In this document: one piece after another, positions 37,901 through 50,800 of the stretch
Position numbering within the stretch: the stretch's first letter is position 1
Layout: each line of letters opens with the position of its first letter
DNA from: Antedon mediterranea
Taxonomy: Eukaryota; Animalia; Echinodermata
Reading direction: 5' to 3'
Assembly (NCBI RefSeq): GCF_964355755.1
Contig: NC_092676.1
Span: 501,788-565,787 of the forward strand
Length of the DNA stretch: 64,000 bases
The notes under the pieces: model-generated
What the model saw: only the letters and a program-made list of their open reading frames with translations
Database searches by the model: none
Told to the model about the DNA's origin: nothing
Made by a program: the position numbers and the translations under genes

Positions 37901-40900
37901 CCATCAATATCTCAAATAATGCATTTTTCTTGTTTGCTTTCAATAAATTGAATTAGTTTATCAGCATTTGTAAATAAAGTAAAAATTACAAAAGAAATCT
38001 ACTTTGTTTTTTAAAGAGCTGCATGGATAGACAAGTGCCGACCTGACCTTTTAATAACAGAATCAACTTATGCAACGACGATCCGAGATTCAAAAAGGTA
38101 AAGTGATAACGTTTTTTATAATCTTTACCTTCTTTACTCTATACATGCTTTTTAATTTGTGTACAATGCTATACAGTCAACTCTCCCAATACCAGATTTA
38201 CATTTTGTTGAGATCCAAAAGGTCCCAAATTATTTTTCACCATTAAACACACATTCAGAATACCAGACTTTCCGGAAAACCAGACATATTAGGCCAGCCC
38301 AAAGGTGTCCGGTATTGAGAGAGTTGTCTGTATTAACTATAATATTATTCTGTTGTAGATGTAGGGAAAGGGATTTCCTAAAGAAGGTTCATGATTGCAT
38401 AGACAAAGGGGGTAAAGTTCTGATTCCTGTATTTGCACTAGGGAGAGCTCAGGAGCTGTGTATCCTCATTGAGACATTCTGGTGAGTTCATTACAAACAC
38501 CTTCGTCAGCCAATTACTGGCACTCTATTCTCATTACTTAGATGTTTTGTTTTCAAACCTTGATGGTTTTCATGTCATTTTTTTTTTCAGGGAAAGAATG
38601 AACCTTAAAGTTCCTGTATATTTTTCAACAGGATTAACAGAAAAGGTAAACATCTAAACAATGAAATTAAGAGAAGATTATTTTAATGTTTGTGGTTTAA
38701 TTGTCTTGTATTATTATTGTTATCTATAGGCCAATCATTACTACAAGTTATTTATCACATGGACAAACCAGAAGATTAAGAAAACCTTTGTACAAAGAAA
38801 CATGTTTGAATTCAAGCATATCAAGGTAATATCAAATAGGACAATCTCTGCTTTAATTTTGTCTTATTATAAAGGACATTGCTTTTGTTTAAATCTATCT
38901 TATAATGGTAAACTAATAGATTATAGAAAATTCCAATGAAAATCGAGTTTCGATATAGAAACCTAAGTACTAATTGTATTAATGTTTGGGTTACAGCCAT
39001 TTGATAGGTCATACATCTCGAACCCAGGCCCTATGGTTGTATTTGCCACCCCAGGAATGTTGCATTCTGGTCTCTCATTAACCATCTTCAAACAGTGGGC
39101 ACCAGAGGAGAAGAACATGGTGATAATGCCAGGCTACTGTGTTGCTGGTACTGTGGGACATAAGATTTTAAATGGACAGAAAAAGATTGAATTGGAGAAC
39201 CGTCAGATTGTGAGTTACTGTTTAATCATATGATAATTTCTGTTCGAAGTAGCAACTTGAATTTGTTATTTATTTATACTGGGCGACCTCGTAAGTCAAA
39301 GACTGGTCTCCCAGAATACCCAGTTATGATCAGTGGCTGTGTGTGTACTAGTACACCGTGGTAACCCCCGTCTTGAAAGATGTACTGGGTTCTTTAAAGT
39401 TAACATTAGCTAGATGTGTACACTGGACCTACGGTTTATAGTCCTTATCCGAGAAGACTTGACCACCAGAACCATGGAGTGAGTGAGCCTTGAACCCTTG
39501 CCGATGTTATGGCTACGTAAATACGGTTCCACTGTCTTAATCGGCCACTCACTGATATATATTATGATGTGAACTGTCCTGTTTCTATTTTCGTTAGTTG
39601 GAGGTGAAGTTATCAGTTCAGTACATGTCATTCAGTGCCCATGCTGATGCCAAAGGTATCATGCAACTGATACAGCAATGTGAACCAAAGCATGTCTTAC
39701 TTGTTCATGGTGAAGCCAAGAAAATGCAGTTTTTAAAACAGAAAATACAACAACAATTCAGTAAGCAACTTGTAGGACACTTAGTAAAGCTCTCTCTACA
39801 CTATCAAACTTTATGTGACAAACAAATGTGATGTGCTCATATATGGACAAAAGGATGCCATATCAATACCATATTTGGGCACATCACACTTTTTTTTGTC
39901 AAACTAGTTTGATAGTGTAGACAGAGCTTTAGTTTTGAAAATTAGTTATTGTGTGGAAAACTGTGATTCATACAAGATTTGAACCCAAGACACCATGAAT
40001 CAGTGGTAGTAGTTAACTGTACAAAAATATATTGAGACAATTTGTTTTATTATTTAATAAATAGGTTTATCTTCTGAAAAATAAACAAGAGAAATAAATT
40101 GTTTTGTATGTTGTTTAACAGGTATAGGATGTTTTATGCCAGCTAACGGAGAGACTGCATTGATTCCAACCAAGTGTAACATTAAAGCTGACATTTCATT
40201 AGGATTATTAAAGAGGAGTGCAACTGTAAGTGGTAAGTTGAATGAACCATTTAGGAGGTCTGATGGTGTTCTACTAAGCTGACATTTCATTAGGATTATT
40301 AAAGAGGAGTGCAACTGTAAGTGGTAAGTTGAATGAACCATTTAGGAGGTCTGATGGTGTTCTACTAAGCTGACATTTCATTAGGATTATTAAAGAGGAG
40401 TGCAACTGTAAGTGGTAAGTTGAATGAACCATTTAGGAGGTCTGATGGTATTCTACTTACTATTCTATGAATGGAGTCAAAATCACTGAGTGCAGAGGTA
40501 TATTGAGTACGAAATAATGGATAATGTAGATATTTTGTTTTGATAATTGATGTGTTTATTTTTCTAGGCTATCAGTCGCAACCATTGGATAGCAAGAAAG
40601 TGAAGACAATGCACGGTATACTGATGATGCAGAATGATGTAAGTTATGATTGAAAATGTTCCTGTCTATTTAAAAAAAAAATAAATAAAAGTTACCTCCT
40701 AATAGATTGCACTTCAAATACATGTTTGATATTATGTATTACAAATGAGTTTGTTTTTTATAGAAACTTGTTCTTGAAGATGCAGATGTAGTGATGCAAC
40801 AGCTAGGCATCGAAGAACATGAAATAAGGTTCTCATCTAACATCACAATTCCACCAATGAGTATGGAAACACTACACAAAAGAATTAAAAGGTGAATGAT

Positions 40901-41568
40901 ACATAGGTTACACACTGATAAAGAACATGAAATAAGGTTCTCATCTAACATCACAATTCCACCAATGAGTATGGAAACACTACACAAAAGAATTAAAAGG
41001 TGAAAGATAGGTTAGATACTAAAGAGTAAGATTTAACATTCTGTTCCAATATCAACAGATATATATATAGATATGTATAATATAACATTGCACACAGCTT
41101 CCCCTGTATATCTTTTCATACTGTCCATACTGTATAATACCTATTCATATTTCTGTGTTCTTATTTCAGGAAATTTGCTGGTGAGAATGTGCTGTTAATG
41201 GCAGATGGCTCAATTATGATTGGATCTGTATTAATCAAGGTAAGAAAACACCATTCTTGATATACATTGAATTGAATAGCTGTTTTTATGTACAGTAGTT
41301 TGGTGAAATAATGTTTTTATATTTTTATATTGCTCTAGCCTCATTTTTGTATAATGACTTTTTTTTCCTACATCATATTATTCTAAAAATTTATAAATAA
41401 AGAAAGTGGCATTTTTTTTCTCAGTCTGCTGGGGAACCGACAGATGAGGGAACGGACTTACTGGTGTCATGGTCATACGAAGATGAAGAACTTGGTAGCG
41501 CCCTCTACACGGCATTGGAACAAGGAGCAAACACACGCCCTCAATCACAACCATCAACTGCATCATGA
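34975..41568 (+). CDS. INTS11: Integrator complex subunit 11 (CPSF3L), metallo-beta-lactamase/beta-CASP endonuclease, 20 exons, 605 aa
   Basis: Exons 34975-35002, 35349-35360, 35593-35678, 35901-35974, 36192-36303, 36576-36635, 36771-36827, 37251-37349, 37741-37775, 38017-38097, 38359-38481, 38591-38645, 38730-38825, 38997-39209, 39598-39760, 40122-40232, 40568-40638, 40764-40891, 41170-41239, 41425-41568 (1818 nt). Motifs: [80 protein letters not shown] and the INTS11-type C-terminus [14 protein letters not shown]. Confidence 0.97.
36921..37058. mobile_element. MITE family A copy in an INTS11 intron
   Basis: tctgtttacactatcaaactttatgtg ... cacataaagtttgatagtgtagacagagct. Confidence 0.82.
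38172..38332. mobile_element. Tc1/mariner (pogo)-type MITE with TA ends
   Basis: tacagtcaactctcccaatacc ... ggtattgagagagttgtctgta, an imperfect TIR of about 22 bp. Confidence 0.75.
39262..39556 (-). mobile_element. tRNA-derived SINE with a Deu/Nin-domain-like core
   Basis: Minus strand: box A-like tggccgattaa, box B-like gggttcaaggc, core gtcttctcggataaggactataaaccgtaggtcc...aaagaacccagtac, and an (aaat)n tail. The core resembles the DeuSINE domain from memory. A degenerate second copy lies at about 42328-42430. Confidence 0.65.
39785..39931. mobile_element. MITE family A, full copy in an INTS11 intron
   Basis: taa agctctctctacactatcaaact ... agtttgatagtgtagacagagct tta. Confidence 0.85.
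40185..40457 (+). repeat. 91-bp triplication spanning the 3' end and donor of INTS11 exon 16
   Basis: Near-identical copies start at 40185, 40276 and 40367 (aagctgacatttcattagg...ggtgttctact). Confidence 0.95.
40813..41004 (+). repeat. 84-bp duplication of the 3' end and donor of INTS11 exon 18
   Basis: aagaacatgaaataagg...aattaaaaggtgaa occurs at 40813-40896 and 40921-41004. Confidence 0.95.
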
Positions 41569-42123
41569 TCAGTTTACTATAAAATGATGAAATAATCAGC
41601 CGTGCTTATGTTTTGTGATGCTTAGATGTTGGTGGTGTACAGGTAGTATCTTGGCAAATTGGGAGAAGGTTAAAAAAAATGTGGAATTAACCAACTCCAA
41701 CAAGCAATCAATCAATTGTTCTATTTTTATAGTATATATATTCTACAGATAATTGATTGTCTGTCAAACCGATCAGAGCAAGTAAAGTTTGAGTAGTGAC
41801 ACTGGTCAAGTACCCATGCTGACATTTTACTAGACTAGTCCTGTTCATTGGCGAAATAGATTAATTTAGTAGAGTCAAGCAATGATATACATTCAACATT
41901 ATTTATAATCAGTATAGAAAGATGATGATAATTACCTTTAATAATAATTGATTCTGTATTACACTTTTGTAGGCCTACGTGATTCGTAAACCGTTTAGTT
42001 TCCAGTCCATTAGAAAGTGTTTACTATTTGTTTACAAGAACAATCAAATATTTATATTGTGTAGTCATTAACAGGTGGCCTCTCATCAATGCCTGATAGG
42101 GTCGTGTAAAACCAGTATACATT

Positions 42124-42280
42124 CAAGGCTGTAGCGAGAGGTTAAAAACAGACGAGGCAAGGATGCTTATATTTTATATAAAATGTGACGATCTGTGCTG
42201 GGGAAATGAAGTGGGTGGTAAAAAGTGAAAATTTCAGATAAGGCAAGCACCTCGTCAGTCTCATGCTGGCTACGGCCCTG
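42124..42280. mobile_element. hAT-like MITE (CAGGGCCGTAGC-type TIR)
   Basis: caaggctgtagc ... gctacggccctg termini. A related end, gcgtacggccctg, lies at about 45236-45248. Confidence 0.55.
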
Positions 42281-42962
42281 ACATTCTTCAAATATGTACT
42301 AGATTTTTAAACTGAAAACAATTTGGTGCACTGGACCTACGATTTAAAGTCCTTTTTTTACAAAACTTATTACCACTAAAACATTGGAATGACCTGCAAA
42401 GCCATGCTGAATGTTGTGGCTATAACTTACAGCACCTCTGTACGTAACATTTTTATTTGTTTTAATTAAAAATGGCATAAATATTTTTGACATAATAGCA
42501 TCTTATGTTACTTTCACTCTTTTTATTACTTGTGTAACTGTAATAAAAATGTGATAATTATCTACCACTATAATTGGTTTCATTTTGAAAACAGAAGTAG
42601 CTATGCCTATTATGTCCAAAGCGTCCAAAGTGATCACCTGTCGCTGTGGATAATTGCACTTCCCTCAATCTCACTTCCCCACAACCCACGTGCTACTATT
42701 TTTTTTCTATGACTAACTTTGTGACTCATTTTGAAAGAGTTCATCTATAACAGACCATGAAAGTTTGTTAAAATCTACATAATCGCGCTTGTATCTTGGC
42801 AACATATCCTTTCTGGTTTGCACGGGGCATGCGTCAGAGGGTACTGGTATCAGTAAGAGAGAAGTACCATTAATTCATACGCGGGAGGCGCCGACGGGAA
42901 GCACACACAGTTCGGGTCAGGCCGCGGGAAGTCTTCACATTATCTTTCACATTATCCACAAG

Positions 42963-45900
42963 ATGTTTTATCCAACATTCAATCAGATCTTCGTCTTAGT
43001 ATGTTTATTTTCGCAGGTATGTACTCTTTTAATGTTGTTTTATGTCTTTGGATAAGTCTTACCATCAATAGTTTCTTACTGTAATAGAGAACGAATTGGT
43101 GTTTGATATTGCAGGCTTAAGATTGAAACATTTTTAGTAGGGAGGTAGGAGTTTAACCCCACTCGTAAGTAAATTAATAATCAAGCGACGTGAACGCGCG
43201 CATTGACGCGCAAACTAACCGGTATCACGATACACCATTGGAAATTAGACCCCAATACTTATGTAAATAAACATAATAAATATACTACTAATATAGTAAT
43301 TTGATATAAAATGTACATATTAATATATCATTATTAACGCAATTATAATTAAGTTTATTGATTGCTTCCCATGACCGTGACGATGTGAGAGGAACATGTT
43401 CGATGTATCCCATGTTTAATGTCCTTCATTAGTTGACATTGTTCCGACGATAAGCAACATTTTGAAACTATAAAAAGATCGGAAATGACGTCACATTCAT
43501 GAATCATAGGAAGCGTTTGGATTTTAATAAATTACCGAACATTAGAAGTACGCCAAATATGTATTTATAAGTTTCAAATAAATTATGTTATTTAATTAAA
43601 TGGTACCTAATTTAACTGTAAAACATTTATTATTTTATCGGCGTACAACCATATTAAAATTAAGAACTTGACGTCTACTTCCTAAATTGAATCACATGGG
43701 GAAAAGCATCATTTCTTATGATGACGTAATTAATATCGAAATATTGTAGTGTAATTTCACGTTTAATTTACATACAGGTGTTTGATGACGTATCAAGTGA
43801 GATTGAACTTCAATTCAAACTACACCATTATTCAAATCCCGAAAGCAAAGATTACGATGGGAGTTGTTGTGACCATATTAGGAGTTTCTCTTGTTCCAAT
43901 GATTGTGATAACAAGTTTGTAATTTGCTTAGATGGCCATATTGGATCGTAAGTAGACAATACGTAACGTCATTATCATTTTCACACGTAACAAGTTCACA
44001 ATGTAAAAATCAAAATCAAGTTAAAACTTTCTCAATATAAATGTATTAATACGACATCTTTCGAGCCTAGGATGGGTATATGGGAACGTAAGTTCGGCAT
44101 AACGTCATTCTCATTGTCACAAGTAACAGGTTCAAAATGTAGTCTACACAAGCGTGGTTCCCACTAGCGACGCAACACAAGGACGTAACGCAACGCAAGT
44201 GAATTGACCAATCACAAGCGATGGCTTATTCGCTTGTGATTGCTAACTGTCAATAACTTCGCTTGTCATTAGTTAAAACGCTTGCGTTGCCTTTGCGTCC
44301 TTGCGTTACGTTCTAGTGGGAACCAAGCTTTAGATGGGAACGTACGTAGGCATACGTCATTATCATTACGTAAAATAGGTTCATACTGTGCTTAAATGGT
44401 GGTGGTAAATAGACATGACATGGCATTATCATTACAATTACCAAGTTACTCTATGGACATTATTATCAGGGTTATATGTTTAAGAATTCTTATAAATTAA
44501 TTTAATAATATCGGCATAACGATGAATATTTAACTTTTATTTTTCGTTATTTTACCGGGATGTTGATTTAATCATTTGAATCATCGCGTACTCTAAGTTC
44601 AGCCAGGCAACCATGACAATGATGACGCATCTAATTAGTTACATCCTAAATCAGTATTGACAATTACGACGCCACATCAAGTGGGCATATATTGAGGTCG
44701 TCGGAGAGGAGGAGATGCGAAATGAAATAATATCGGTACCATCGCTACACCTCTAATGAGTCAGCTGCCACTCAAACCGAAAGGTTGGGTACCATTCGGT
44801 AAACAACACCGATAGTAATCAAACTTTTATGTCAGCTTTCATTATTTTACTTAATTTTATTATTTCTATTTTTGTTAATAGGTCAAAGGATTTGAATAAA
44901 TGTTCGATTGGTCAAATCGACACAGCTCAGATTTATGACGGCAATGATCACTTCTACTTTCCACCTATTCTTCCGTACAGGATCAGCAACCCGATGACGT
45001 TTACGCTGACGTCATGGCAGGTACGACATGCCAATTTTATTATTCAAATCAATGATAATACCTCTAAGTATTTTAACGAGTTTTTGTTTTATACCTGTTA
45101 TGGGAAGGGGATGGGGAGTTGCGCACGCAACCGTCGCACCCACCCCCAAATCGCAAAAGGTCCATATTTTATAGGGTCTTAAAATAAATCTGTACTCAAT
45201 ATTATTATGAAAATTGTCCAAAATACATTAATCTTGCGTACGGCCCTGTCACTTTTACTTGCATTTGGCTCTCTCCATCTAGGTGTATAAATAGGAACTC
45301 GGTTAGATCAAGACACAACTTTGCGCTCATGATTACTAGCTGCATTATGGGAGTATGTTTCCATACGTACTGTTTGATCCAAAAAATGACTCGGGTAATA
45401 ATGTGCAGTGCATTGAGAGCTTACTTATATACGCTATATAAGAATTAACTCTTATTATACAGTACATACGTCACAGTAGGGCAAAACATCCGACCAACAA
45501 CCTGACGTGTAAAGTTTATATCGATTGTTTCAATTCATTAATGTGTTATTTGTTTATTTATTTGTCACGTGATACAGGGAGGAATGCGACTTAAAGGGGT
45601 CGTGTATGACGTAGATTCAACATCTGGACATGATTTAGTGGATAAATATTATGAAAATATTAAAGTCTCATTGGATAATGTATGGCACACTAGAAGGATA
45701 CAGGGTGCGAGATCTGTGTAAGTATGAAAGATTTTTGCCGGTGGTGGTGGGAAATTTAAGTATCGTACGCTTGAAGGACACGTGTTGTGCGCAAGATCTG
45801 CGTCGTGCGCAAGATCTGCGTCGTGCGCATGGCGCGCTAGAGATTTACGGAATTGATCACATAGGCATATGTTATGAAAAGATGTACTGTTGCATGAAAC

Positions 45901-47882
45901 AATATTTTGGTAATTATATTTTGTTTTCTTTCAGAATGGAAATCAAATATCGAGTTGGTTGCAAAGCCCATTACTATGGCAAAAATTGTATAAAGCATTG
46001 CGTACCGAGGTCAGATGAACGTGGTCACTACACTTGTAACAAGGTCACCGGTCAAAAGATTTGTGGACAGGGATGGGAAGGGCCAAATTGTGACCATGAC
46101 TTTAACGAATGTCTTAGTGAACCGTGTTTAAATAATGGTACGTGTGACCACGGCCGTAATCATTACACATGCGTGTGTCCATACGGCTGGGGTGGACATC
46201 AATGTAATCTGCTAATGGATCCATGTATTAAATCTCCGTGTACAAACAGCCTATCCTGTCACGCTATCAACGAAGGTGCATCATATAAGTGTACGTGCTT
46301 ACCGGGCTGGGCTGGTAAGGATTGTGACGTTAAATTACATAGTTGTGCGTCAGCGCCGTGTCAAAACGGAGGACAATGTGCTGAGACTGATAACCACTGG
46401 TCGTGTACCTGTATTAATGGCTGGTCTGGGAAGACGTGTGGTGGCGCTGCAATTAGGCTACGAGATCAATTGGATGATGAGGTCAGTCAGTGTAAAATGT
46501 TAGATTGCCTGTTTTTTGAGGATTTATTGTTTATTTCAATCATTTCTGTAAGCATTATTAAGTACGGCGGTATTGCTGTGTTACATATGGGCCACCGTAC
46601 TAATATAATAATAATAATAAGATTTTTATAGCGCACATACCACTCCAGAGTGCTCAAGGCGCATATATATTAAGAGGTTCCCACTTCTGTGTTACATATG
46701 GGCCACCGTACTAATATATTATGAGATTTCCACTTCTGTGTTACATATGGGTCACCGTGCTAATATATTAAGAGGTTCCCACTTCTGTGTTACATATGGA
46801 ACACCGTACTAATACAATAATAGACTTCCACTTCTGTGTTACATAGTGGGTCACCGTACTAATATATCAAGAGGTTCCCACTACTGTGTTACATATGGGA
46901 CACTGTACTAATAATAGATTTTCTCTTCTGTTTTACATATAGGCCACCGTACTATTATATAAAGAACATACATATTATCACATTATTATCAATAAAAACA
47001 AAACAATAATAGTAATGGTTAGACATGGTTACGTATGTTATATTTTCAGAATTCGGCGAGTGGTCATTGGTGGATTTCCTTGTTATTTGTAGGCATGATC
47101 TGTGCTATAGCAGGCGTTCTTGGATACGTTTACAAGAGGTAAGGATCTGTACTACGTATAATATGGAGTTCACGCTTGTGTATATATATGTACCGTATAT
47201 TACTTAGTATATTACAAAACTCCAGAGTTTGATGTTCGTACCTCTCACACCAAAACACCGGTGTGTCCCCGCAACCCCGCTGTTTTAAACTCCGGAGTTG
47301 TTTGATTTTACCTTCCGTATCAAAACACCAGGGCGGCAACTCCGGAGCGTCTCCGGAGTTTTGCTTTTGGTGTGAAAGGGGTATTTACATTGCCTTCCAC
47401 TAGTTCACTAGTGCACACAGTTTAATCGTAGCCCAACCCTCTCAAATTTCAGAAAATATGTCATGACATATGCTTTGTGTTATGTGCAGCACTGTAATTT
47501 ACCTCCGCCAAGAAGGTATATGTAGTCGATCGCTTGTGTCTGTTTGTTGGCAGGATTACTCATTACTTTATGTTAACATTTTAGACGAAAGCGGCGAACA
47601 ACGACCGAGGAGGACGAATCGGACCGGGCCACATTTGTGACCGGTACCAGCGAACCTGTAGTCGTGGCATTCCATCGTCGATCCACAGATTCCGATCGCG
47701 TATCACAAGGACCCGCTAAGGTCATCGATGACGGCGAGGAACAAACATTTACGGATCTTAGCTACATGGTTACCATGGAAAAACTGAAGAAAATTACGGA
47801 TGAGGAGGAAGAAGGGGACGAAGAGGGTCTGATTGGGGCTATAGGAGGGGTAGAAGTTAATGATATATATGAGGTTGAATAA
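42963..47882 (+). CDS. Delta-like DSL Notch-ligand-type type I membrane protein (SP, C2/MNNL, DSL, 3 EGF, TM, acidic tail), 7 exons, 478 aa
   Basis: Exons 42963-43016 (signal MFYPTFNQIFVLVCLFSQ), 43778-43947 (LQFKLHHYSNP..GSCCD..CDNKFVICL), 44882-45020 (NPMTFTLTSWQ), 45578-45717, 45935-46481 (DSL CKAHYYGKNCIKHCVPRSDERGHYTCNKVTGQKICGQGWEGPNC plus three six-Cys EGF repeats), 47050-47138 (TM WWISLLFVGMICAIAGVLGYVY), 47585-47882 (RKRR stop-transfer, acidic tail). Total 1437 nt, in frame. Confidence 0.9.
43361..43710. mobile_element. Possible MITE bounded by imperfect TIRs
   Basis: tgcttccccatg ... catggggaaaagca. Confidence 0.35.
44150..44332. mobile_element. MITE family B (Harbinger-like), full copy
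   Basis: TIR agcgtggttcccactag ... ctagtgggaaccaagct, with long internal self-complementarity (acgcaa/ttgcgt). Confidence 0.85.
45250..45460 (+). mobile_element. SINE remnant (core plus LINE-like 3' tail)
   Basis: Core-like ctctccatctaggtgtataaatagg and tail tgcattgagagc...acgctatataagaattaactcttattat. Confidence 0.5.
46577..46955. repeat. About 49-bp degenerate tandem repeat (about 7 copies), with a retroposon tail inserted after copy 1
   Basis: Unit ctgtgttacatatgggccaccgtactaatatattaagaggttcccactt; copies at about 46577, 46687, 46736, 46785, 46834, 46884 and 46928. Confidence 0.9.
46608..46662 (-). mobile_element. 5'-truncated retroposon 3' tail; second copy at about 23088-23142
   Basis: (aat)n-gatttttatagcgcacataccactccagagtgctcaaggcgc matches (aat)n-ggatttatatagcacacataccactcaagagtgctgaaggc at 23088-23142. 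Confidence 0.7.
47239..47383. mobile_element. MITE with tacccctttcacaccaaaa-type TIR
   Basis: tacctctcacaccaaaa ... ttttggtgtgaaaggggta, with internal actccggag repeats. Confidence 0.55.
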
Positions 47883-50800
47883 GCTGTCTATATTTCAAAA
47901 TAATATTAACACGTGATATGGACCATAGAATACAAATACATAATAATATTATTACAAATTATAATGTGACAGTTCACATTTGTTTACTCCACTGAAGTCC
48001 CCGGATCAGCACAGGTTTGTTGTTCCCTGGGCATGTTACCAATAATATATAAAATCAATATACTTTTTTAGCAACAAGAAGAGGAATGCACGACGCGCTA
48101 CGTCTCCGTCCGTCTCTCGTCCTGAAATCGACAAGTCACGTGATCCACAGACGAAGCAACAGGTTTGCCTACGTCACTGGGTCTATGGCTGTCCATGTTT
48201 CTTGCCCGCTGTGAGTGGATTTTAACGACTTTGAATTAATAAAAGAACCTTCTGGAATATATTTAATGGAGTATAGAAGGTGAAATTAAGTAAAATACAC
48301 AGCCATAATGGCTCTGGTATAGTAAAGAGCCATATTGGTATAGTAGATAAAGAGCGCCCTCTTTATCGTCACACAATTCTGGTTGTATTTTTGACAATAC
48401 TGTACGTTACAGCAGGGAGTTTTACAACTCCCTGGTTACAGAGAACAAAGTTTCTTTCTTTATATTTAAGACTCGCCTATCTTGACTCTTTTGTATAAAT
48501 AATACACAATCGTTGCGACAGACACATGTATGTGGTATTTTGTTGTGTGCGAGTAAACAGCATGTTTTTGATGATGACACAATGATATTATTCATTATCG
48601 ATTAAGCGCGCCCTCTATATCGTCACACAATTTCGGTTCCGAGTGATAACTAGGATGTTTATAATACTGGTTCCAAATTATTTATATTAATAATAATATT
48701 TATAACGGCGCTCAAATGATATCGCTTTGATAGTTTAAGTACAGTCTTAAATAAACTCAGAATAACATAGATAATGTAGACGTTTAATGTTACAACACAT
48801 AAATATTACATACAAACATGCATTCTATTTGATATTATAGTCTAGTACATTGTGAACCTTTTATTAAATATAGGCTAGAAAATTATGAATCAAATTATAC
48901 AGTTTATATAATGCCATGAGGAATGGAGGTTCGAATTTTATTTGTTAAAACACATTAATCGGACAACAGCGATACATAAACATGGTAGGGAAGTATAATG
49001 TTGTTTTTAACATACTTTGATGTTCTGCTAAAGTACCGACTATGCGATAGACCAAACCATATATTTAGTAATATCAGTTTTAAAGTATGCTTAGTAATTT
49101 TCTACATTTCTTTTACCTTTCGTCTCTCTCTTAAACCTGATAACCCAACAATAATGTATGTGTAGGCGATACGCTACCAGAAGAAGATACAGATATTTTA
49201 AACATTAATTGACACCTCTACTCCATAATGGACTATTCCGCGAACCCTCAGTCACGAGGGACGGTACCGATCCTCCACCACCATCATCATTTGTTTTCGT
49301 AGCGTTGAAAGGAATGCCCGTTTCAACGTAGGTAGCACTAAGGATTCCAATGATGTGATAAATGACCGGTTTGACTTAGATCAATGCAATCTCTTGAAGC
49401 TAGGTAAACATTGTTGTTGTTTTTTTTGCATCGTTCCAGTAGACGTTATTTTGGCGTTGCCGAATATCTGGCAGGCTGTGTTCATTTGAAATACGTTTAC
49501 CTTAACTAAAGTCATACAATGTTTTACTCCTTGGTCATACCGCGACCGATGGAAGTTGAACGTTATCTCGGAATATTGTTATTCTTCCCCCGTACTACTT
49601 TTCTCTCATATTCTGCTTGTCATGACGGACAGCGATATGCTCTTGCTACTAAGTACCTACAGTAGATCTAATGGCCATAGCGTATAGGAAAACTATATTT
49701 AAACCCGTATTAATGACGGCAGCTCGTTGTGTTAAATACTAAACGATGCTAAATCATCAACATAGTTATTTCCCAGCTGAGCTTTATCTTACTCTGTCTT
49801 ATACAAGAATAAAAGAGAGGGTCATTCCTACCCACTGACCCGGAAAAAGTTGGTGTCTTCATTAAACACACTCTTAATAAATACTTGTATTGCACAATCC
49901 ACTCTTAATTAAAAACCTTTACATTGTTATGTTTACGTATTCATTCCAATAAACTATACTCATCTGCATATTGTAATGCTTTAAGTTTAGCTTCTTCATC
50001 ACGAATATATTGCCGTCCAATAAATATTAAAAGCTCATAATGAATAGGAATAATTAAGAATCAGTTTAAAAGCGAATATCTGTAATAGATCACATTTAGA
50101 TTACTTATTTTACTTGATTTCAAGGTTTTTTTATATTTCTATTAAGTTTTCTAAATAGTTTTTGTTCTTGTAAACTAATATTTATACTATCAAAACAAGT
50201 AGTCCTGAATGGACATCATTCGACTGGTAAGATGACGTCATTTTAATCGTCGACACAACCAATGTCGACGCATTTGCACCGTTTTATTGTGGGAAACAAT
50301 GACACCAAATTTTATTTGTGGCATTCTTAATTGAAATCTTCTTGAAAGCTTAAAATGTTTACGCCACTTTAATTACGTATGTCGAAATGGTTTTTTTACA
50401 ATTTATTACAATATGATTTATCACAAAAATGTACCTCTTCAGTTTAAGTTGACTTGACATGACCAATAGGTTACAATAAAAACACCTTACGTTTGTTTGA
50501 CTATGATAACGACCAGTTTCCGTCAAGCTGATTTCGTGTAGGCCAATAACGTTCGGTCTCATTATCGAGAGCGTGTGTCGTAATATTTAAGACCAGAAAA
50601 TCGCATTAAAATTGACATAACTGCAAAGTTAACGCTGTTGTGCTCTCATCGCCCAAAAGTTCAGTTCAGTTCACTTCGGGTTCACAGAACCCAAGCAAAT
50701 ATAATTTCCGAAAAAACACGTTTAGAATTGAAAACATGGAAAACGTCAAAATTTAGTGTTGGTTATGATGTAATTTTGTTAGGTGATGATTGGATATGTC

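Noticed and set aside
34975-41568. CPSF3 (CPSF73) identity
   Set aside because: The CGMHMG, TPDRHLG and [10 protein letters not shown] motifs and the 605-aa length fit INTS11 rather than CPSF73.
45651-45934. N-terminal part of the 326-aa ORF as coding sequence
   Set aside because: 45718-45934 is an intron, and the ORF start is out of frame with the real exon 45578-45717.
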